Of a DNA stretch of 64,000 nt, positions 60,939 through 64,000 are shown piece after piece. The position numbers and the translations under genes were made by a program. The notes below the pieces were generated by a model, which saw nothing but the letters and a program-made list of their open reading frames with translations, searched no databases and had not been told where the DNA came from. Each line of letters begins with the position of its first letter. Position 1 is the first letter of the stretch. Origin of the DNA: Ophelia neglecta (taxonomy: Eukaryota); contig OZ260664.1 in the NCBI GenBank assembly GCA_965285935.1, forward strand, positions 77,066,001 through 77,130,000, in the 5' to 3' direction.

Positions 60939-63900
60939 CAACATGGTATACAAACACCAAATATAGATAAAATATCACTTATTCCCTTCTGTCTTTCCGT
61001 GACATACTGTATATGTCGAGATAGTTTCCTTCTTCCTCGAGTTTACTCCCAGGGATAGGGGGCAAACTGGGTAGACACGACTGTCAATATGCCGGACAGC
61101 TCATGTCGCCATCTACCAATCAGATAGGGTATATCATGAACATAATGAACATATTGTGTAACAGCCACTCCACAGACGACAAATCAATATTGGTATGATT
61201 TATCGGGGAATGCTAATGGTGAAACAATATACCATTCCATTAATTCGGCTGTCCATTTTATTACTTTTATTAGCTCTCAGATTTTCGGCGTCATCGGTCT
61301 TACTCGCTACCATCGGTGGTCTATATCGAGCGAAGCCCGGCAGGCCACTCTTAGTTTGCTTACCAGCATTATTTGTGAATAAATTCTGGTCACTTAGTTT
61401 GTTTTGTGATGCCTTTGTTTACAACTTTCATGTTTCGTCAGATGGGACAGGAAATTGGAAGGAAAACTGTAATTGTGGCGAGAGACAAAAGCCAAATAAA
61501 AGACCCATAGGCCTGGCACTGACAGCCACAGCCAGGCCATTAAGGGTGGCGGACATCTTGTCAAGTTTTAACGGCCACGTCGGCGTATTTTTACCGGGTT
61601 TGGATGACATTTTGTTGGCAATTACTTGTGTGCTGCTCGGAATTCATCATGAGAGCTGGAATCCTGGCAATGTTTGTTGGTTTACTCTGGGCAGAAGACA
61701 CACCATCTCAGAATACCAAGCGGAAATATGAATGGAAATTCGAGACAGTTTTTTTTTCGTGAAAAGTGTGTTCATTTTTATTCTGTTTTATAAGAATTTA
61801 CAATATATTGGCCTACGTGCAACTACGCTGTGGTCCACATGAGCTTGAATAATTTTCTCTGGAAAACTTTTTCACTTGAGCCTAGACGTTTTGTCAAATC
61901 GTTTGCACGCTTTATGATAACGTTTTAAAGTTTTATTTTCGAATGTGACTAGAATTATGGTATACACTGTTCATAAAGCCATATGACCTGCGTTTTAGAT
62001 ATATTACGATGAAACAGGGTTAAATATTTGTGCATTACACATAGATTAAAATGTAAAACAAATGATTATAAACTTATAATATTAGACCTTGGTGTTACCC
62101 ACGAAACCTAAACCTATGTTTTCCAGAATGGCGATTTCCGCTTTAAAATATGTAACTTCGACATATTGACTTACATGTGACCTGGGCTCAAGGAATAGAA
62201 ATACACTTTATTTATCATAAGTCCAGACATGAAGGCCTATCTAAATAAATACATAGTTACAATGACAGTTTACCCTTATCAATATATTACAATTATTCAA
62301 ATCACCCCCATGTTGTCATATAGAACTCTCATTGACATTGGATCATTCAAACTCAATTTAAGTATTTTTTGCATAAGGTTGGTTCCGCCCTTTATGCTGA
62401 CGTAGAAAATGATTTGCAAATTCATTTAAGGAAGTTTGACTGGCTGACATGGTCATGTGTTCCTTTTCTCTTAAAACTGTTCAACAAATACAGGCTCATC
62501 CTATGACCTTATGAAAATAATCAACATTGAATAAATATATAGTTTTTTCAAATTAATGAAGAGCCAAATTTGCCAAAAGGGTATATATGTAAATTTCCTA
62601 TACATATTGTTAAATGATTTTAAAGTGAGAGCCTGAATTCTATTCAAATGCCCACATAAAATATATGTGCATTCAATTATTGGATATGCTAACTATATCA
62701 TTCCCCATACTACTATATATATGTTTAAATCTAAAGCTATTTCGTCTATTTGTCGGCCTTGAGCTGGTTTACATACACACATCTCGCTCGTTAATGGAGA
62801 TATTGATGCGGCTATACCACAGACTTAGATCTAGACTATAACACCTACACAGAGCCAGAAAAATACTTCACGCGAGTCTTTCAATTATTCGACTGAGTGC
62901 GTGTGAATAGGGAATGATAACAAATCCGTAGACATACACGGGTAAAAATCACTTGATTTAGTCGCATTCACGGAAGCTTGGCAGTCGTGTGTCTACTTAC
63001 AAAGATTCCTACTTTTCTCTTTCTTCTATTCACAGAGCTGCTGTTAGACATAGGTCTTTTATTTTTGCCCAAGATGACACTGTGTTTGAATACATGTGCA
63101 TGTCGGCCTAGCGTTTAAACACTTTGATGTCATAGTCATGAACAACTAAGTCTTGTAATCGCGCAATTTTTTATATTGAGCTGAAATAAAGGTGCTTTGT
63201 TGTATGTATGATTTATGCATTCATTAGATTATTAATTATTATTAAAATAATCAAAAACATAATCTCTCTGTATTAGAACTCGCTTTAAATTTAACCAAAA
63301 TTAATTTCGAATAATGTATTGCTGTTAATGCAACGATATATGATGCATACACTTTACAAGGCCCTATATACATACAGTATAGATACCTAATATAATTATG
63401 CAGTTCAGAAATGTATATACACATAAATGTTGTTATCTGAGCGGTACACCACGGCTAGACTGGAATTTGTGTCGTGTCCGGGGCCACAAATGTCCCTAAA
63501 TTACGTTGCCTAACCATTCATGAAAAATATGATAATATATACGAAAGTCAGCCATTTAATAACCACATTAATGTATTTATTCACTCTACCTCCCGATGGC
63601 GGTTGTGTTTTGAATGCCATTTACATGATCGTCATGTTTCTCGTTTTGTATAGTACTACGTTATAGTAAACCTCTTTATTCGGTATACTTGACTAAGTGA
63701 TAGGTTGTATTATATATTTTTCTTTGGGGCAATGTCTGCAAGCTTAAGAGAATTATGCAAATACCGTTAGCCTGGTTTGACCCGCCGTCAGCTGTATATG
63801 TTTTGCTATGAGATCCACCTAGCCCGGCCATTTTCGGTCTGTGCGTCTACACTCTCATTCAAGATGACGAATGGCTAAATGGCATCCTTCGCTCCATTAG

Positions 63901-64000
63901 GTTTTATTGCACAAGAGGATGCTTCCTTCTATCCCAATTTGGGCACAAAAATCCCCGAAAATTAGGACAAATACCGTCATTTATTATTCTGTCGATGGCA

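Noticed and set aside
3560-61120. CTCF-like words (e.g. ~3566, ~26020, ~33821, ~61106)
   Set aside because: Only partial matches that cannot be distinguished from chance without a PWM scan.
61195-61731. 178-aa ORF
   Set aside because: No recognisable domain and a composition typical of non-coding DNA. The sequence is TAAT-rich and enhancer-like.
1-64000. tRNA, rRNA or conserved microRNA genes; autonomous transposons
   Set aside because: None recognised by eye and no long transposase or RT ORF is present. Infernal/miRBase searches would be needed to exclude small RNAs.

Overview
Eukaryotic (invertebrate bilaterian) genomic DNA, not prokaryotic. The only supportable protein-coding gene is an intronless class III POU homeobox transcription factor (POU3/Brn-1/2/4, Drosophila vvl-like) at 8302-9579 (+). 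It has a CCAAT/octamer proximal promoter and a probable ~2.2 kb 3' UTR ending near AATAAA at 11784. The remaining ~52 kb downstream is a gene desert in which GC-richer, CpG-retaining, TAAT-rich blocks (probable enhancers) alternate with AT-rich spacers. It also holds a 53-bp minisatellite inside an older ~39-bp degenerate repeat zone (48.5-50.7 kb) and two MITE-like elements. The most striking signal is a dispersed motif, (T)GTCGTCTGC(T). I found at least 21 exact 9-mer copies and 14 further 8-mer copies on both strands, with unrelated flanks, against about 0.25 exact copies expected by chance. I cannot match it to a known transcription factor. It may be the binding site of an uncharacterised factor that marks the regulatory domain of this developmental gene. 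All motif counts were made by eye and are minimum values.
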